DNA of 64,000 bases from assembly GCF_004010195.1 (NCBI RefSeq), contig NC_057749.1, forward strand, positions 18,135,457 through 18,199,456. The letters are read 5' to 3'. Below the pieces are notes generated by a model. That model was given only the letters and a program-made list of their open reading frames with translations. It did not search any database and had not been told where the DNA came from. Shown one piece after another: positions 12,091 to 25,825 of this stretch (its first letter is position 1; the number at the start of each line of letters is the position of its first letter). A program made the position numbers and the translations under genes. Origin of the DNA: Chiloscyllium plagiosum. Taxonomy: Eukaryota.

Positions 12091-12214
12091 ATGTCCGGTA
12101 AAGCCCCTGGAGGGAGGGAGGGAAGGGTGGGATGGTTTGAGACTGAAGGATAATGGCCAGGGAGCCTGCAACTTCCAACTTCACTTCCCCCATTTTCCTT
12201 GGATGCATTCCCTC

Positions 12215-12540
12215 TATTCTGTGTGCCTTGTCAATTTTAAGGCAGGGAATCTCTCCAATACTGAACCTGTCTCTTAAGGGGAGGCAGATTGAAACTAGAG
12301 ATAAGGAGAAATTACTTCTTTCAAAGGATTGTGAGTCTGTGGAACTCCCTCCCACAGTGTTGTGGATGCTGGGACATTGAATAAATTTAAGGAGGAGATA
12401 GATTCTTAACTGGTTGAAGGGTTATGGAAATCAGACAGGGAAGTGGGGTGAAGCCAGAGATGAGATCAGCTTTGATTGTATCAAATGGTGGAGCAGACCC
12501 CAGGGGCTGAATGGCCAACTCTTTCCCGAGTTCTTATGAA
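12215..12540 (+). mobile_element. Decayed CR1 3' end
   Basis: TTCAAAGGATTGTGAGTCTGTGGAACTCCCT...GGGGCTGAATGGCCAACTCT, a CR1 C-terminus and 3'UTR pattern. Confidence 0.65.
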
Positions 12541-12541
12541 C

Positions 12542-12754
12542 ATCATCTTTCTCACAGCTATCAGAGTTATGAACAGACCTCTCATGTATTAGAGCTGATC
12601 TTTCTCTGCACTTTCTCTGAAGCTGTAACACTATATTCTCCATTCTGTTCTGTTACCCTGATGTACTTATGTAAGATATGATCTGTCTGGTTGACACGCA
12701 AAACAATATTTTTCACTGTTTCTCAGTCCATGTGACAATAATAAATCAAATCAA
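12542..12754 (+). mobile_element. Rex/Babar LINE 3'UTR
   Basis: Similar to the reverse complement of 23345-23560; ends GTGACAATAATAAATCAAATCAA. Confidence 0.65.
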
Positions 12755-12942
12755 GAGCAAATCAGCCAGAGAACAAAGTTAGAAAAATCTTAAAACACAA
12801 AGCAAAGCAAAATTTAAACTTATTCCTCGACATCATCACTCCACAGTAATGCAAATCCAGAGAAATTATACTTTTAAACAGTTGGGATTGAGTGAATCCT
12901 TCGAGTCTGATGGCAGTACAAGTATACTCAAGAGGGCAAAAA

Positions 12943-14179
12943 GAGGACTGATGAAGGCAGAGTGATGGATGTTGTCTATGTGGACTTCAGTAAGGCGTTC
13001 AACAAGGTTCCACATGGTAGACTGGTTAGCAAGGTTAGATCACATGGAGTCCAGAGAGAGCTAGTCATTTGGATACAAGATTGGCTTGACAGTAGAAGTC
13101 AGAGGGTTGTGTCAGAGGGTTGCTTTTTAGACTGGAGGCCTGTGACCAGCACTATGCCACAGGATTGGTGCTGGGATCCACTGCTTTTCAACATTTATAT
13201 AAATGTTTCAGATGTGATCATAGGAGGTATAGTTAGTAAGTTTGCAGATTACACCAAAATTCGAGGTGTAGTGGACAGCAAAGAGGGTTACCTCAGATTA
13301 CAATGGGATCTTGATCAGATGGGTCAAGGGGCTGAGGAGTGGCAGATGGAGTTTAGCTTAGATAAATGCGAGGTACTGCATTTTGGAAAAACAAATCAGA
13401 GCAGGACTTACACACTTAAAGGTAAGGTCCTGGGGAGTGTTGCTGAACAAAGAGACCTTGGAGTGCAGGTTCATAGCTCCTTGAAAGTGGAGTCGCAGGT
13501 AGATAGGATAGTGAAGAAGGCGTTTGATATGCTTTCCTTTTATTGGTCAGAGTACTGAGTACAGGAGTTGGGAGGTCATGTTGCAGCTGTACAGGACATT
13601 GGTTAGGCCACTGTTGGAATATTGCGTGCAATTCTGGTTTCCCTGCTATAGGAAAGACATTGAGAAACTTGAAAGAGTTCAGAAAAGATTTACAAGGATG
13701 TTGCCAGGGCTGGAGGGTTTGAGATATAGGGAGAGGCTGAATAGACTGAGGCTGTTTTCCCTGAAACGTCAGAGGTTGAGGGGTGACCTTATCAAAGTTT
13801 ATAAAATCATGAGGGGCATGGATAGGGTAAATAGCCAAGGTCTTTTTCCCAGTGTAGGGGAGTCCAAAACTAGAGAGCATAGGTTTAAGGTGAGGGGGCA
13901 AGATTTAAAAGGGACCTAAGGGACAACTTTTTCATGCAGAGTGTGGTGTGTGTGTGAAATGAGCTGCCAGAGGAAGTGGTGAAGGCTGGTACAATTGCAA
14001 CATTCAAAAGGCATCTGGATGGGTATATGAATAGGAAGGGTTTGGAATGATATGGCCCGGGTACTGCAAAATGGGACTAGATTGGGTTGGGATATCTGGT
14101 TGGCAAGAATGAGTTGGACTGAAGGGTCTGTTTCCGTACTGTACATCTCTATAACTCTAGGACTATGACTATGACTATG
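12943..14179 (+). mobile_element. 5'-truncated CR1 LINE (RT to 3' tail)
   Basis: DVVYVDFSKAFNKVPHGRL, SKFADYTK, LVRPLLEYCVQFW; frameshifted; (GACTAT)n tail. Confidence 0.97.
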
Positions 14180-14454
14180 TCAAGTCTGTAAGTTTAACTT
14201 GACCAATTCTCCCTAATTTCTGTCCTTAGAACTGTGGAGTCTCCTTTCGTGAGTACTGATAGGACTGACAGCTTAGACTTTCTCAGCTTCTAATAACCTG
14301 AAGATTTCTGGTCTGGGAGTTGCACAAGCCAATTTTTTTTTTAACTGAGCTAACTTATCCCTTAAACTGCTCTGAAAAAGAAACTCTTCTTTTCAAAGAG
14401 AGAGACAATACTTGCTCCTGACCTCAGTTAGATTTCTAAATTAAAAACAATTGT

Positions 14455-14625
14455 CTGTGCTGAAAATCTGAAACAAAATCAGAAATGTCTGGATTAATTC
14501 AACAGGTCTGACAACATGCAGTATCTGAAGAAGGGTCTCTGGACCCAAAACGTTAACTCTGTTTGTCTCTCCAAAGGTGTTACCAGACTTGCTAAGTTTC
14601 TCCAGCACTTTCTGCTCCTGTTTCC
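14455..14625. mobile_element. Short Penelope-derived element with inverted arms and a decayed hammerhead motif
   Basis: Left arm CAGAAATGTCTGGATTAATTCAACAGGTCTG is an imperfect inverse of the right arm CAGACTTGCTAAGTTTCTCCAGCACTTTCTG. CTGAAGAAGGGTCTCTGGACCCAAAACGTTAAC at 14525. Confidence 0.65.
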
Positions 14626-15139
14626 TAGTTACAGATCATCTGAACTACCCTAAAAATCTTCATATGCTGAATTTCTAAACCATTGAATCAACCCTTGATC
14701 ATTCTAAACAGCAAACAAAGTAATGGCCTTCAGTGTTTATTCCACCTGTCACAAACCCACCCTCAGCATTAAGAATGTTGCCTGAATATCTCAGGTGTTC
14801 CTGCTTTCTGACAGTTATAGAAGAACTGTCTGACTCAGCTTTGCTTTAAAAATAGCCCTTTACAAAATTAACTATGCCAATGGACCACTAGTTTGTATTC
14901 CAAACTCTAAAAGTGACATCAGTATGTAAATCATGCACCTTTCATTTACTGACCACCAATAATTGCTCTTGAACTGAGTGGCTTGTTGGACTATTTCAGA
15001 GGATGGGCAGGAGTCAATGCCGTTGGTAGGGAATCACACACAGGATAAAGGCAGCAGATTTCCTTCTTCTCTTAAGGACATGAGGGAACCAGATAGACTT
15101 TTATAACAATTGATGATAATTTTACAGTCACCAGCACTG

Positions 15140-17143
15140 AGGGTTAGGGTGAAAGACAAGGTATAGGGTATGCTGGATGATTGGAGAAATTGAGATTTTG
15201 GTTAAGAAACAAAAGGAAGCATATGTCAGGCAGAGACAGGAAAGATCGAATGAATCCTTAGAAGGGTATAAAGGCAGTAGGTGTATACTTAAGGGGGAAA
15301 TCAGGAGGGCAAAACAGGGACATGAGATAGCTTTGACAAATAGGGTTAAGGAAATTCCAAAGGGTTTTTACAAATACATTAAGGACAAAAGGGTAACGAG
15401 GGAGAGAGTAGGCCCTCTCAAAGTTCAGCAAGGCGGCCTTTGTGTGGAGCAGCAAGAGATGGGGAGATACTAAATGAGTATTTTGCATCAGTATTTACGG
15501 TGGAAAAGGATATGGAAGATATAGACTGTAGGGAAATAGATGGTGACATCTTGCAAAATGTCCAGATTACAGAGGAGGTAGTGTTGGATGTCTTGAAACG
15601 GTTAAACATGGATAAATCCACAGGACCTGATCAGGTATACCCTAGAATTCTGTGGGAAGCTAGGGAAGTGATTGCCGGGCCCCTTGTTGAGATATTTGTA
15701 TCATCGATAGTCACAGGTGAGGTGCTGGAAGACTGGAGGTTGGCTAACATGGTGCCACTATAGTAAAGACAAGCCAGGGAACTATAGACCAGTGAGCCTG
15801 GCCTCGGTGGTGGGCAAGTTGTTGGAGGGAATCCTGAGGGACAGGATTAAATGTATTTGGAAAAGTCAGGACTGATTAGAGATAGTCAACATGACTTTTA
15901 CGTAGGAAATTATGTCTTATGAACTTGATTGCGTTTTTTGAAGAAGTAACAAAGATGATTGATGAGGGCAAAGCAGTAAGGTGTTCGACAAGGTTCCCCA
16001 TGGGAGACTGATTAGCAAGGTTAGATCTCACATAATACAGGGAGATCTAGCCATTTGGATACAGATCTGGCTCAAAGGTAGAAGACGGGGGTGGTGGTAG
16101 AGGGTTGTTTTTCAGACTGGAGGCCTGTGACCAGTGGAGTGTCACAAGGATCAGTGCTTGGTCCACTACTTTTCGTCATTTATCTAAATGATTTGGATGT
16201 GAACATGGGAGGTATAGTTAGTAAGTTTGCAGATGACACCAAAATTGGAGTTGTAGTGGACAGCGAAAAAGGTTACCTCGAGAACAACAGGATCTGGACC
16301 AGATGGGCCAATGGGCTGAGAAATGGCAGATGGAGTTTAATTTAGATAATTGCGAGGTGGTGCATTTTGGGAAAGCAAAGCACAGCAGACTTATACACTT
16401 AATGGTAAAGTCCTAGGGAGTGTTGCTGAACAAAGAGATCTTGGAGTGCAGATTCATAGCTCCTTGAAAGTAGAGTCGCAGGTAGATAGGATAGTGAAGA
16501 AGGCGTTTGGTATGCTTTCCTTTATTAGTCAGAGTATTGAGTACAGGTGTTGGGAGGTCATTTTGTGACTGTACAGGACATTGGTTAGGCCACTGTTGGA
16601 ATATTGCGTGTAATTCTGGTCTCCTTCCTATCAGAAGGATGTTGCGAAACTTGAAAAGGATTCAGAAGAGATTGACAAGGATGTTGCCAGGGTTGGAGGA
16701 TTTGAGCTAAAGGGAGAGGCTGAATAGATTGGGGCTGTTTTCCCTGGAGGGTCGGAGGCAGAGGGGTGACCTTACAGAGGTTTATAAAATCATGAGGGGC
16801 ATGGCTAGGTTGAATAGACAAGGTCTTTTCCCAGGAGTGGGGAGTCCACAACTAGAGGGCATAGGTTTGGTGTGAGAGGGGAAAGATATAAAAGGGACCT
16901 AAGGGACAACTTTTTCACACAGAGGGTGGTACGTGTATGGAATGAGCTGCCAGAGAAAGTGGTGGAGATTGGTACAAATACAGCATTTAAAAGGCATTTG
17001 GATGGGTATATGAATAGGAAGGGCTTAGAGGGATGTGGGCCAAGTGCTAGCAATTGGGACTAGATTCGGTTGGGATAACTGGTCAGCATGGTTGAGTTGG
17101 ACTGAAGAGTCTGTTTCTGTGCTGTGCATCTGTGTGACTTTAT
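15140..17143 (+). mobile_element. 5'-truncated CR1 LINE, ~2 kb, multiple frameshifts
   Basis: [67 protein letters not shown]. Confidence 0.97.
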
Positions 17144-18129
17144 GTGTATACACCATGCACATGTAACTTCACCACACATAGCCCGTGCACACATGTACAC
17201 ACACTGTGCTCACGTATATAATCTGTGAATGTGTACATGCATGGAGATGGAGTATACCCGTTAACGGTTATGGGATCTATTTGCTCATGAGCTATTAACT
17301 TGCCAGTCACTCAAAGGGCCCATCGTTATTGTCCCCCACCCAGGATAGTTTCAGGGGTTCCTGCTCCCTGATGCTCAGTACCACCCCTCCCCCACCAAGA
17401 GCAGGTTCCTGTGGTAAGGATCTGGAGCGGCCTCTGATGAATCATTTACCGCAGCCTGGAACATAGACAGTGTTTCCTGATGATTTCATGCTTGTCAGGG
17501 ATATGAAAATCTCACTGTGAGTGCTGTTTCAGCACAGAAACCTGAGATTTCACAAGGCAATCCCTGGCCACAGACTGGACCACGCTCCTCTCAATCGATC
17601 GTTATCTCTGCATTGAGGATATGAGCTGACCACCTGTTACTAATGACAGACCCCAAGCACACTCAGTGGTCGTTGCACATTAACGCAGTGTGATGGTGAA
17701 TCAGGAAGATGAACAGATACCACCACCCTCCCCATTGACTGTGAGAGTGGGATCCTACCCTCAGCTCTCTCCACCAGTTGAAGCATTAGTACCTGGCCAA
17801 GTGGCTACAATAACAAACTGGGAATGTCCCTGGAGCAGTCAGCCATTGGACTGGACTCATGCTGCTCATTCCTGGGGTTGGGTTTTCCATGGGGAATGGT
17901 GGGAGCAGGTAATTTTCACGCTCAGCTCAGCTGGCTTCAGGGAGCTGGAGGTGGAAACAGGACTTTGTTGGAAACAGGTCATAGGGACTGGCGTACACTG
18001 AGCTGGCCTGGCATAACGCACCCAACTCCACTGTCTGACACTTTGCCCAAGTCAGTTTATTCAATATTAGCTCTCATTCTGTCCATGTCAACACATTCAC
18101 CTTCACCCACCCCCAAAGGCCTCTCACAG

Positions 18130-18850
18130 AATCTCGAACAGTACAGCACAGAACAGACCCTTCTGCCCCCTATGTCTCTGCTAACTATGGTGCCATTCTA
18201 AACTAATCCCACCTGCCTGCATATGGTCCATATCCCTCTATATCCTGCCTGCTCATGTATCCGTCTAAATGCCTCGTAAACATTGCTATTCTATCTGTGT
18301 CTCCCACCTCCCCTCGCAGCACATTCCAGGTACCTCCCACCCTCTGGGTAAAACACTTGCCTCACACATCACCTTTCCTCCCTCACTTTAAATCTATGCC
18401 CCCCTGGGAAAAAAAGCCATATCCACCCTCTCATTATTTTATAAACTGTCAGCTTGCCCCTTAGTTCCTGCTGCTCTAACGAAAACAATCCAAATTTGTC
18501 CAATCTCTCCTTATGGCTAATACACTCCAATCCAGGCAACATCCTGGTAACCTTCTTCTGTATCATCTCCAAAGTCTCCTATAATGTGGCACACAGTACT
18601 CTAAATGTGACCTAATTAAAGTTTTAGACAGCTGCGACATAACCTACAATAGTTTATACTCAATGCCCACACCACTGAAGGCAAGCAATGCCATATGCCT
18701 GCTTACCACCTTAGCCACTTGTGCTGTCCCTTTCAGAGAGCGGTAGTCTTGCACCCTGAGATCCCTCTGTATATCAGTGCTCATTTAGGGGCCTGCCATT
18801 TACTGTAACCCTGCGTCTAGCATTGGACCTCCCAAAGTGCATTGCCTCAC
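18130..18850 (-). mobile_element. Older CR1 LINE 3' portion
   Basis: Minus ORF IQKKVTRMLPGLECISHKERLDKFGLFSLEQ. Confidence 0.85.
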
Positions 18851-19220
18851 CTCAGCTCATACCTTCCGTTCCGTTTACCCAGTATACACTCTGTATAGAA
18901 CCATGAACCCTATAATGACAATGGAATGTATAGAAAAGCTTTAAAAATGTCATTCATAACTTCCTTTAAAGACCTGCTGTTACAGTAATCCTATTAAAGT
19001 GTCAATCAACTGGACCTTCAAATTATCAACAGCCGAAATGACAAACACTTGACAGCTCTTTATCATTTGTTAATAAGCATTGAGTAGGTGACAAAATAAA
19101 TCCAAGAAAAATGTTAGCTAATCCATGTGTTCCTTTAAGTGCTTTTGTTTTTGAACAGACTGACAGCAGTCTGGGCCCTCAGCCTGCTCAGTGAGCTCAA
19201 GCCCTTGAGAAACTGGGCCT

Positions 19221-20886
19221 GGAAAAAGAAGGAAGCATATGTCAGTTATAGACAGGAGAGATCGAGTGAATCCTTAGAAGAGTATAAAGGCAGTAGGAGC
19301 ATACCTAAGGAGGAAATCAGGAGGGCAAAAAGGGGACATGAGATCGCTTTGGCAAATAGAATTAAGGAGAATACAAAGGGTTTTTACAAATATATTAAGG
19401 ACAAAAGGGTAACTGGGGAGAGAATAGGGCCCCTCAAAGATCAGAAAGGCGGCATTTGTGTGGAGCCACAAAAAATGGGGGAGATACTAAATGAATATTT
19501 TGCATCAGTATTTACTGTGAAAAAGGATTTGGAAAATATAGACTTTAGGGAAATAGATGGTGACATCTTGCAAAATGTCCAGATTACAGAGGAGGAAGTG
19601 TTGGATATCTTGAAACGGTTAAACGTGGATAAATCCCCAGGATCTGATCAGGTGTACCTGAGAACTCTGTGGGAAGCTAGAGAAGTGATTGCTGGGCCTC
19701 TTGCTGAGATATTTGTATCATCGATATTCGCAGGTGAGGTGCCGGAAGACTGGAGGTTGGCAAACGTGGTGCCACTGTTTAAGAAGGGCAGTAAAGACAA
19801 GTCAGGGAACTATAGACCGGAGAGCCGACCTCAGTGGGGGGCAAGTTGTTGGAAGGAATCCTGAGAGACAGGATGTACATGTATTTGGAAAGGCAAGGAC
19901 TGATTTGAGGTAGTCAATATGGCTCACAAACTTGATTGAGTTTTTTTGAAGAACTAATAAAGAAGATTGATGAGGGCACAGCAGTAGATGTGATCTATAT
20001 GGACTTCAGTAAGGCGTTCGACAAGGTTCCCCATGGGAGACTGATTAGCAAGGTTAGATCTCATGGAATACAGGGAGAACTAGCCATTTGGATACAGAAC
20101 TGGCTCAAAGGTAGAAGACAGAGGGTGGTGGTGGAGGGNNNNNNNNNNNNNNNNNNNNNNNNNNNNNNNNNNNNNNNNNNNNNNNNNNNNNNNNNNNNNN
20201 NNNNNNNNNNNNNNNNNNNNNNNNNNNNNNNNNNNNNNNNNNNNNNNNNNNNNNNNNNNNNNNNNNNNNNNNNNNNNNNNNNNNNNNNNNNNNNNNNNNN
20301 NNNNNNNNNNNNNNNNNNNNNNNNNNNNNNNNNNNNNNNNNNNNNNNNNNNNNNNNNNNNNNNNNNNNNNNNNNNNNNNNNNNNNNNNNNNNNNNNNNNN
20401 NNNNNNNNNNNNNNNNNNNNNNNNNNNNNNNNNNNNNNNNNNNNNNNNNNNNNNNNNNNNNNNNNNNNNNNNNNNNNNNNNNNNNNNNNNNNNNNNNNNN
20501 NNNNNNNNNNNNNTTATAGAGGTTTACAAAATTATGAGGGGCATGGATAGGATAAATAGACAAAGTCTTTTCCCTGGGGTCGGGGAGTCCAGAACTAGAG
20601 GGCATAGGTTTAGGGTGAGAGGGGAAAGATATAAAAGAGACCTAAGGGGCAACTTTTTCATGCAGAGTGTGGTACATGTATGGAATGAGCTGCCAGAGGA
20701 TGTGGTGGAGGCTGGTACAATTGCACATTTAAGAGGCATCTGGATGGGTATATGAATAGGAAAGGTTTGGAGGGATATGGGCCGGGTGCTGGTAGGTGGG
20801 ACTAGATTGGATTGGGATATCTGGTTGGCATGGACGGGTGGGACTGAAGGTCTGTTTCCATGCTGTACATCTCTACGACTCTATGA
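19221..20886 (+). mobile_element. 5'-truncated CR1 LINE spanning an N gap
   Basis: KGFYKYIKDKRVTGERIGPL, DKSPGSDQVY, DFSKAFDKVPHGRL and a 3' tail; highly similar to 15140-17143. Confidence 0.97.
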
Positions 20887-20892
20887 CCAGAT

Positions 20893-21171
20893 TGGCAGCC
20901 TGTTGGCTCAGTGGGTAGCAGGAAACCGCAGTGCCAAGGACCCAGGTTTGAATCCACCCTCCAGCAGAGGGGGTGAAGATTGCACATTCTCCTTGTGTCC
21001 ACTTGGGTTTGCTGCGGTTTCCTCTGACCGTCCAAAGATGTGCTGGTTAGGTGAAATTGCCCATAGAGTTCAGGGATAGGGTATGGGAAGTGGGTCTGGG
21101 TGGGATGTTCTTCGGAGGGCTGATGTGGACTTGATGGGCTGAATGGCCTGCTTCCACAATGTAGGGATCCT
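20893..21171 (+). mobile_element. Diverged HE1/V-SINE-type tRNA-derived SINE
   Basis: A box TGGCTCAGTGG, B-box-like GGTTTGAATCC, V-domain TTGCACATTCTCC..GTGTC, and a CR1-like tail. Confidence 0.8.
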
Positions 21172-21259
21172 CCAACTCCACAGAAAGTTGCTTGACCCCA
21201 CAATGGGACCACTACATTTTACACACTTCCTCCATCCCAGTGCAAAATTTGGATTGTTA

Positions 21260-21500
21260 GGAATTCTGGAATCTGATTCTGTCCACTGTTTTTAAAGGGA
21301 TAGAGAGTCTCCCCCCAGTTCAGCCCTTGAGTCTATGTGACTCCACACCCACAGCAGTGTAGCTGTCTCTTGACTACACTCTGAAATGGCTGAGCAAGGC
21401 ACTCAGTTGCATTCATGAAGTCAACGCGTCACCAACTTCTCAAGAGCAGGACCGGATTGGCAAATCCTGCCCCCTCCTATCAAATGGATAAAAACAAGGA
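21260..21500 (+). mobile_element. Decayed SINE/LINE 3' portion
   Basis: ATGTGACTCCACACCCACAGCAGTGT...CTGAAATGGCTGAGCAAGGCACTCAGTT; related sequence in reverse at ~14960-15100. Confidence 0.45.
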
Positions 21501-23339
21501 AGCTGGTGTTGGAGTGGTCAGTTTCGGAAGAGTTTTTCCCACCTGCCAGAGTGTGTATGGCCCAGAGAGGGAATTGATTCACTCGCCCAGATACAGAATT
21601 CTTCCAATTCATTTCAACATCTCATTTTATCATTTTATCTGATGAGGTAAATATATGAAATTTGGAACTTTACTCGGCAGGAAAACAAGTGAATCACGGC
21701 AGGAGCACAGCCTGGAGTTTATGGCTGTTACTAAGTTTGGTTCCCTCCTTGACTTGGAGAAAATTGTAAGAGTTCTTAACGATGCTGTAGCAAATTGTGA
21801 TACCAGGAATACTTATAAAAATAAGGCTTCCTTCCCTTTCTCACAAACCTATCCCAGAACGCTATCTGAGAGCTGGGCTACCTCTCTAAAACCATTCGCT
21901 CAGAGTTGTTCGTTCAGCATCTTCATAAATATTGTCAACAAATACATCACAGCACAATAGATTGAAATGGTTATTTTGTTCAGATCTTTCTTGGAAAAGT
22001 GGTCAGTGCAAACATGAACAAAGCCCAAAGCATGGTTGTAATTGAATTGAGGAACGTGATTCCCCCTCCCCAACCCCCACCTCCCCCACTCTGACCCCCA
22101 CCCCCCTCTAACCTCCACCGCCCTCTCNNNNNNNNNNNNNNNNNNNNNNNNNNNNNNNNNNNNNNNNNNNNNNNNNNNNNNNNNNNNNNNNNNNNNNNNN
22201 NNNNNNNNNNNNNNNNNNNNNNNNNNNNNNNNNNNNNNNNNNNNNNNNNNNNNNNNNNNNNNNNNNNNNNNNNNNNNNNNNNNNNNNNNNNNNNNNNNNN
22301 NNNNNNNNNNNNNNNNNNNNNNNNNNNNNNNNNNNNNNNNNNNNNNNNNNNNNNNNNNNNNNNNNNNNNNNNNNNNNNNNNNNNNNNNNNNNNNNNNNNN
22401 NNNNNNNNNNNNNNNNNNNNNNNNNNNNNNNNNNNNNNNNNNNNNNNNNNNNNNNNCCTCTGACCCTCACCCCCCTCTCCGACCCGCACATCTCTCTCTC
22501 CGACCCCCACCTCCCCCAGCCCTACCTCCCAGCCTGAACAAGCTGGGGTAAGGGAAAGGCAGCAGCTGTGTGTCTCTGTGGGTGACTGTACCTTTATAAC
22601 TTGATACATTGTGCTGCACAATGAATGGAGCAAATATCAAACCATGATCCCAGATAAGGATAGTTCATGCTTATGAGGTAATCTCTTGCGATGATCTGGT
22701 GTTTGATTCAGAGAATTACAAAAGAAATTCTGACCCTCTCTCAAATACCCCCTGCTGTATGGAAACTGCCAAGTTTTACAAACATTGTGGTCTTGCAGCA
22801 ACATCTATCTCACATTAAAAGTAGCAACTATTAGCCAATGGTGAATAAACCTCCAGCAGATAGAAATGGATTAATTACTCTGTGAAAACATCGCATTGTA
22901 GAATCCGCAATAATCCCACACAGATACTTGAAATGACGGATTTAAATGGGAGCTTTACGTTAATGCTCAAGAAAGGATCAGTAAATATTACATTCCTGCA
23001 GCTAATTCACTCACTAACACTCAGCCTTCCAAGGCTTACATTAGCACCAGCTCAGGGCTTTTAATTAAAGAGAGCTATCAACAGTGGAAGGTGGGTTAAT
23101 ATCTGCTCTCGTCACAGCTACTCATCATCATTACAGCCCAGAAGCAAACCATTCAGCCCATCTATACAATGCAAACTCACTGTAATCCAACCAATCAGCA
23201 CCAGTCACCCATTCTATTCGACAGCCCTCAATCCTTTCAAAAGCCCAGCCAATTATTAATTCTTATTTAATGAAAGAACATGAAAGATTTATGATCAACA
23301 AGTTCAAGGATATCAGTGCAGTAATGTGGGGTATTTGGT

Positions 23340-24275
23340 TGAATGATTGATTGTTATCACATGGACCGAGATGCAATGAAAAGTTGTTTTGTGTGCTGTC
23401 CAGGCAGGTTGTACCATACAAACTGCATCAGGGTAGCAGAACGGAGTGCAGAATACAGTGTTACAGTCACTGAGAAGGTGCAGAGAGTGAGATCAACATT
23501 AATATTTGAGAAGTCCATTCAAAAGTCTGCAAACAGTGGGGAAGAAGCTGTTCTTGAATCTAACCGTATGTGTATTCAGACTTTTATGTTTACTGCATGA
23601 TGGAAGAGGGATTGGAAGAGAGTATACCAGGGTGGGAGGGCTCTGTGATGATGTTGGTTGCTTCCCTGAGGCAGTAGGAAGGGTAGACAGAGCCAATGAA
23701 TGGAAGGTTGGTTTGTGTGAGGGACTGGGCTGTGTTCACAACTCTCTGCAGTTTCTTGTGGTCCTGGGCAGAGCAGTTGCCGTACTGAGCCATGGTGTGC
23801 CCAGATCAGATGCTGTCTATGGTGCATCTACAAAAATTGGTAAGAGTCCTTGTGGATATGCTGAATTTCCCTAGCCTCCTGAGGAGGTAGAGATGTTGTT
23901 TACTAGATTAGATTACTTACAGTGTGGAAACAGGCCCTTTGGTCCGACAAGTCCACACCAACCCGCCGAAACGCAATCCACCCAGACCCATTCCCCTACA
24001 TTTACCCTTGCCGCTAACACTGCAGGCAATTCAGCATGGCTAATTCACCTAACCTGCACATTTTTGGACTGTGGGAGGAAACCGGAGGAAACCCATGCAG
24101 ACACTGGGAGAATGTGCAAACTCCACACAGACAGTTGCCAGAGGCGGGAATTGAACCCGGGTCTCTGGCGCTGTGAGGCAGCAGTGCTAACCACTGTGCC
24201 ACCGTGCCACGCCGTTGTTGTGCTTTCTTGACTAGAGTGTCAATGTGAGTGGACCAGGACAGAGTGGTGGTGGTT
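23340..24275 (-). mobile_element. Rex/Babar LINE 3' region, interrupted by a SINE
   Basis: Minus translation YGNCSAQDHKKLQRVVNTAQSLTQTNLP...PSHPG and HTVRFKNSFFP, typical Rex1/Babar C-terminus. Confidence 0.85.
23904..24210 (-). mobile_element. HE1/V-SINE-type tRNA-derived SINE, full length
   Basis: Minus head GGCACGGTGGCACAGTGGTTAGCACTGC...GGGTTCAATTCCC (A and B boxes) and (TCTAA)n tail. Confidence 0.92.
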
Positions 24276-24327
24276 GCCTGAATCTACTTTCAGGAGTATT
24301 TAACATTGAAACATTTCCTCAGAGTAC

Positions 24328-24930
24328 CAATCACTCCCAGGACAGGGACAATACGGGGTTAGATACAGAGTAAAGCTCCTTGTACACTGTCCCCCACCAA
24401 TCACTCCCAGGACAGGGACAGCACGGGGTTAGATACAGAGTAAAGCTCCTTGTACACTGTCCCCCATCAATCACTCCCAGGACAGGGACAGCACAGGGTT
24501 AGATACAGAGTAAAGCTCCTTGTACACTGTCCCCCCACCAATCACTCCCAGGACGGGGACAACACAGGGTTAGATACAGAGTAAAGTTCCCTCTACACTG
24601 TCCCTATCAATCACCCCAGGACAGGAGCAGTATGGGATTAGATACAGAGTAAAGCTCCCTCTACACTGTCCCCAAGCAAACACTCTGAAGACAGGGACAG
24701 CACAGGGTTAGATACAGAGTAAAACTCCCTGTACACTGTCCCCATCAAACACTCCCAGGACAGGGGACAGCATGGGGTTAGATACAGAATAAAGCTTACT
24801 CTACACTGTCCCCCATAAAACCCTCCCAGGGACAGGGGACAGCACGGGGTTAGATACAGAGTAAAGCTAACTCTACACTGTCCCCCATTATACACTCCCA
24901 GGACAGGAACAGCACGGGGTTAGGTACAGT
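24328..24930. repeat. ~70-bp minisatellite (CACTCCCAGGACAGGGACAGCACGGGGTTAGATACAGAGTAAAGCTCC.TGTACACTGTCCCC...), ~9 units
   Basis: TTAGATACAGAGTAAA recurs every ~70 bp. Confidence 0.95.
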
Positions 24931-25208
24931 TGAAGTTTATATCATTATTTTTACAGCCTTGTTAATGCCTTTGCAAGACTCTGCTGTTGCACTTGATGGT
25001 AATCGATGAGTGATCGGTTCTCATGTTGGTTTGAAAATGAATATCAAATGGGATTGTAAAGGAATTCCTTGTTCAGTCACAGATAAAGCCATGGGATTTT
25101 CACACTTCTTACTGCAGTTTGAGAAATCCTCATAGTAAGGTGTTAATGAGAAGGAACATATCCAAGGCAGAACTGTTTCTTACCACTGCACGGCAATGTC
25201 AGCCAAGG

Positions 25209-25292
25209 TGTCCCAGAGTGACCCTCGCTGTCCCAGAGTGACCCTCGCTGTCCCAGAGTGACCCTCGCTGTCCCAGATTGACCCCCGCTGTC
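25209..25292. repeat. 20-bp tandem repeat TGTCCCAGAGTGACCCTCGC x4
   Basis: Direct tandem copies. Confidence 0.9.
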
Positions 25293-25459
25293 TCGATGTG
25301 TCAGGGTAACACAGACTGATTGTATGTGTTCTCTACGAGAGGCCCAGTCTGTGTTCTAACTCCCATGAGTCTCCTCTGGTTCACACTGCACTAATTCTGC
25401 CAGGAAACATCACTGGTTTTCTCCCAGAATAATATTTGGGCTTAACATTCTGAGGGTTT

Positions 25460-25825
25460 GCAAACCCTTGGTTTGTACTTCCTGGAGTTTGGAACTCTGA
25501 GAGATGATCTGACTGATTGGGGTGTTTAAAATGTTACAAAGATTTGAGAGAATAGACCGAGTGTCCAGAACAAGGTGAAATAACCTTCCAATTTGGGCTG
25601 GCACATACAGGAATGATGTCAGGAAACACATGGGGATGAAATCAGGAATGCTGTTCTTCCCAAAAGCCAGCTATGGAAGGTGGAGTCAGTCGGAATTTCT
25701 AAAAGAGCTGCTGGATCTTAGCTGGGTGAGGGGTTGGGGCAGATGGATGAATGATGGGCCAGTGAAGCTGCGGTTCATGTCAGCCATAGTCTCATCAGAT
25801 GAGGGGCTGAATGGCCTTTGGCTGT
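25460..25825 (+). mobile_element. Highly decayed CR1 3' region
   Basis: CTGAGAGATGATCTGACTGATTGGGGTGTTTAAAATG...GAGGGGCTGAATGGCCT. Confidence 0.5.

Noticed and set aside
12962..20755. Reverse transcriptase ORFs as an intact gene or retron-like system
   Set aside because: All are fragmented, frameshifted, 5'-truncated CR1 ORF2 copies with typical 3' tails
24130..24210. tRNA genes (also at 28140-28210 and 52270-52349)
   Set aside because: The A/B-box regions are heads of repeated SINEs and continue into the SINE body and tail
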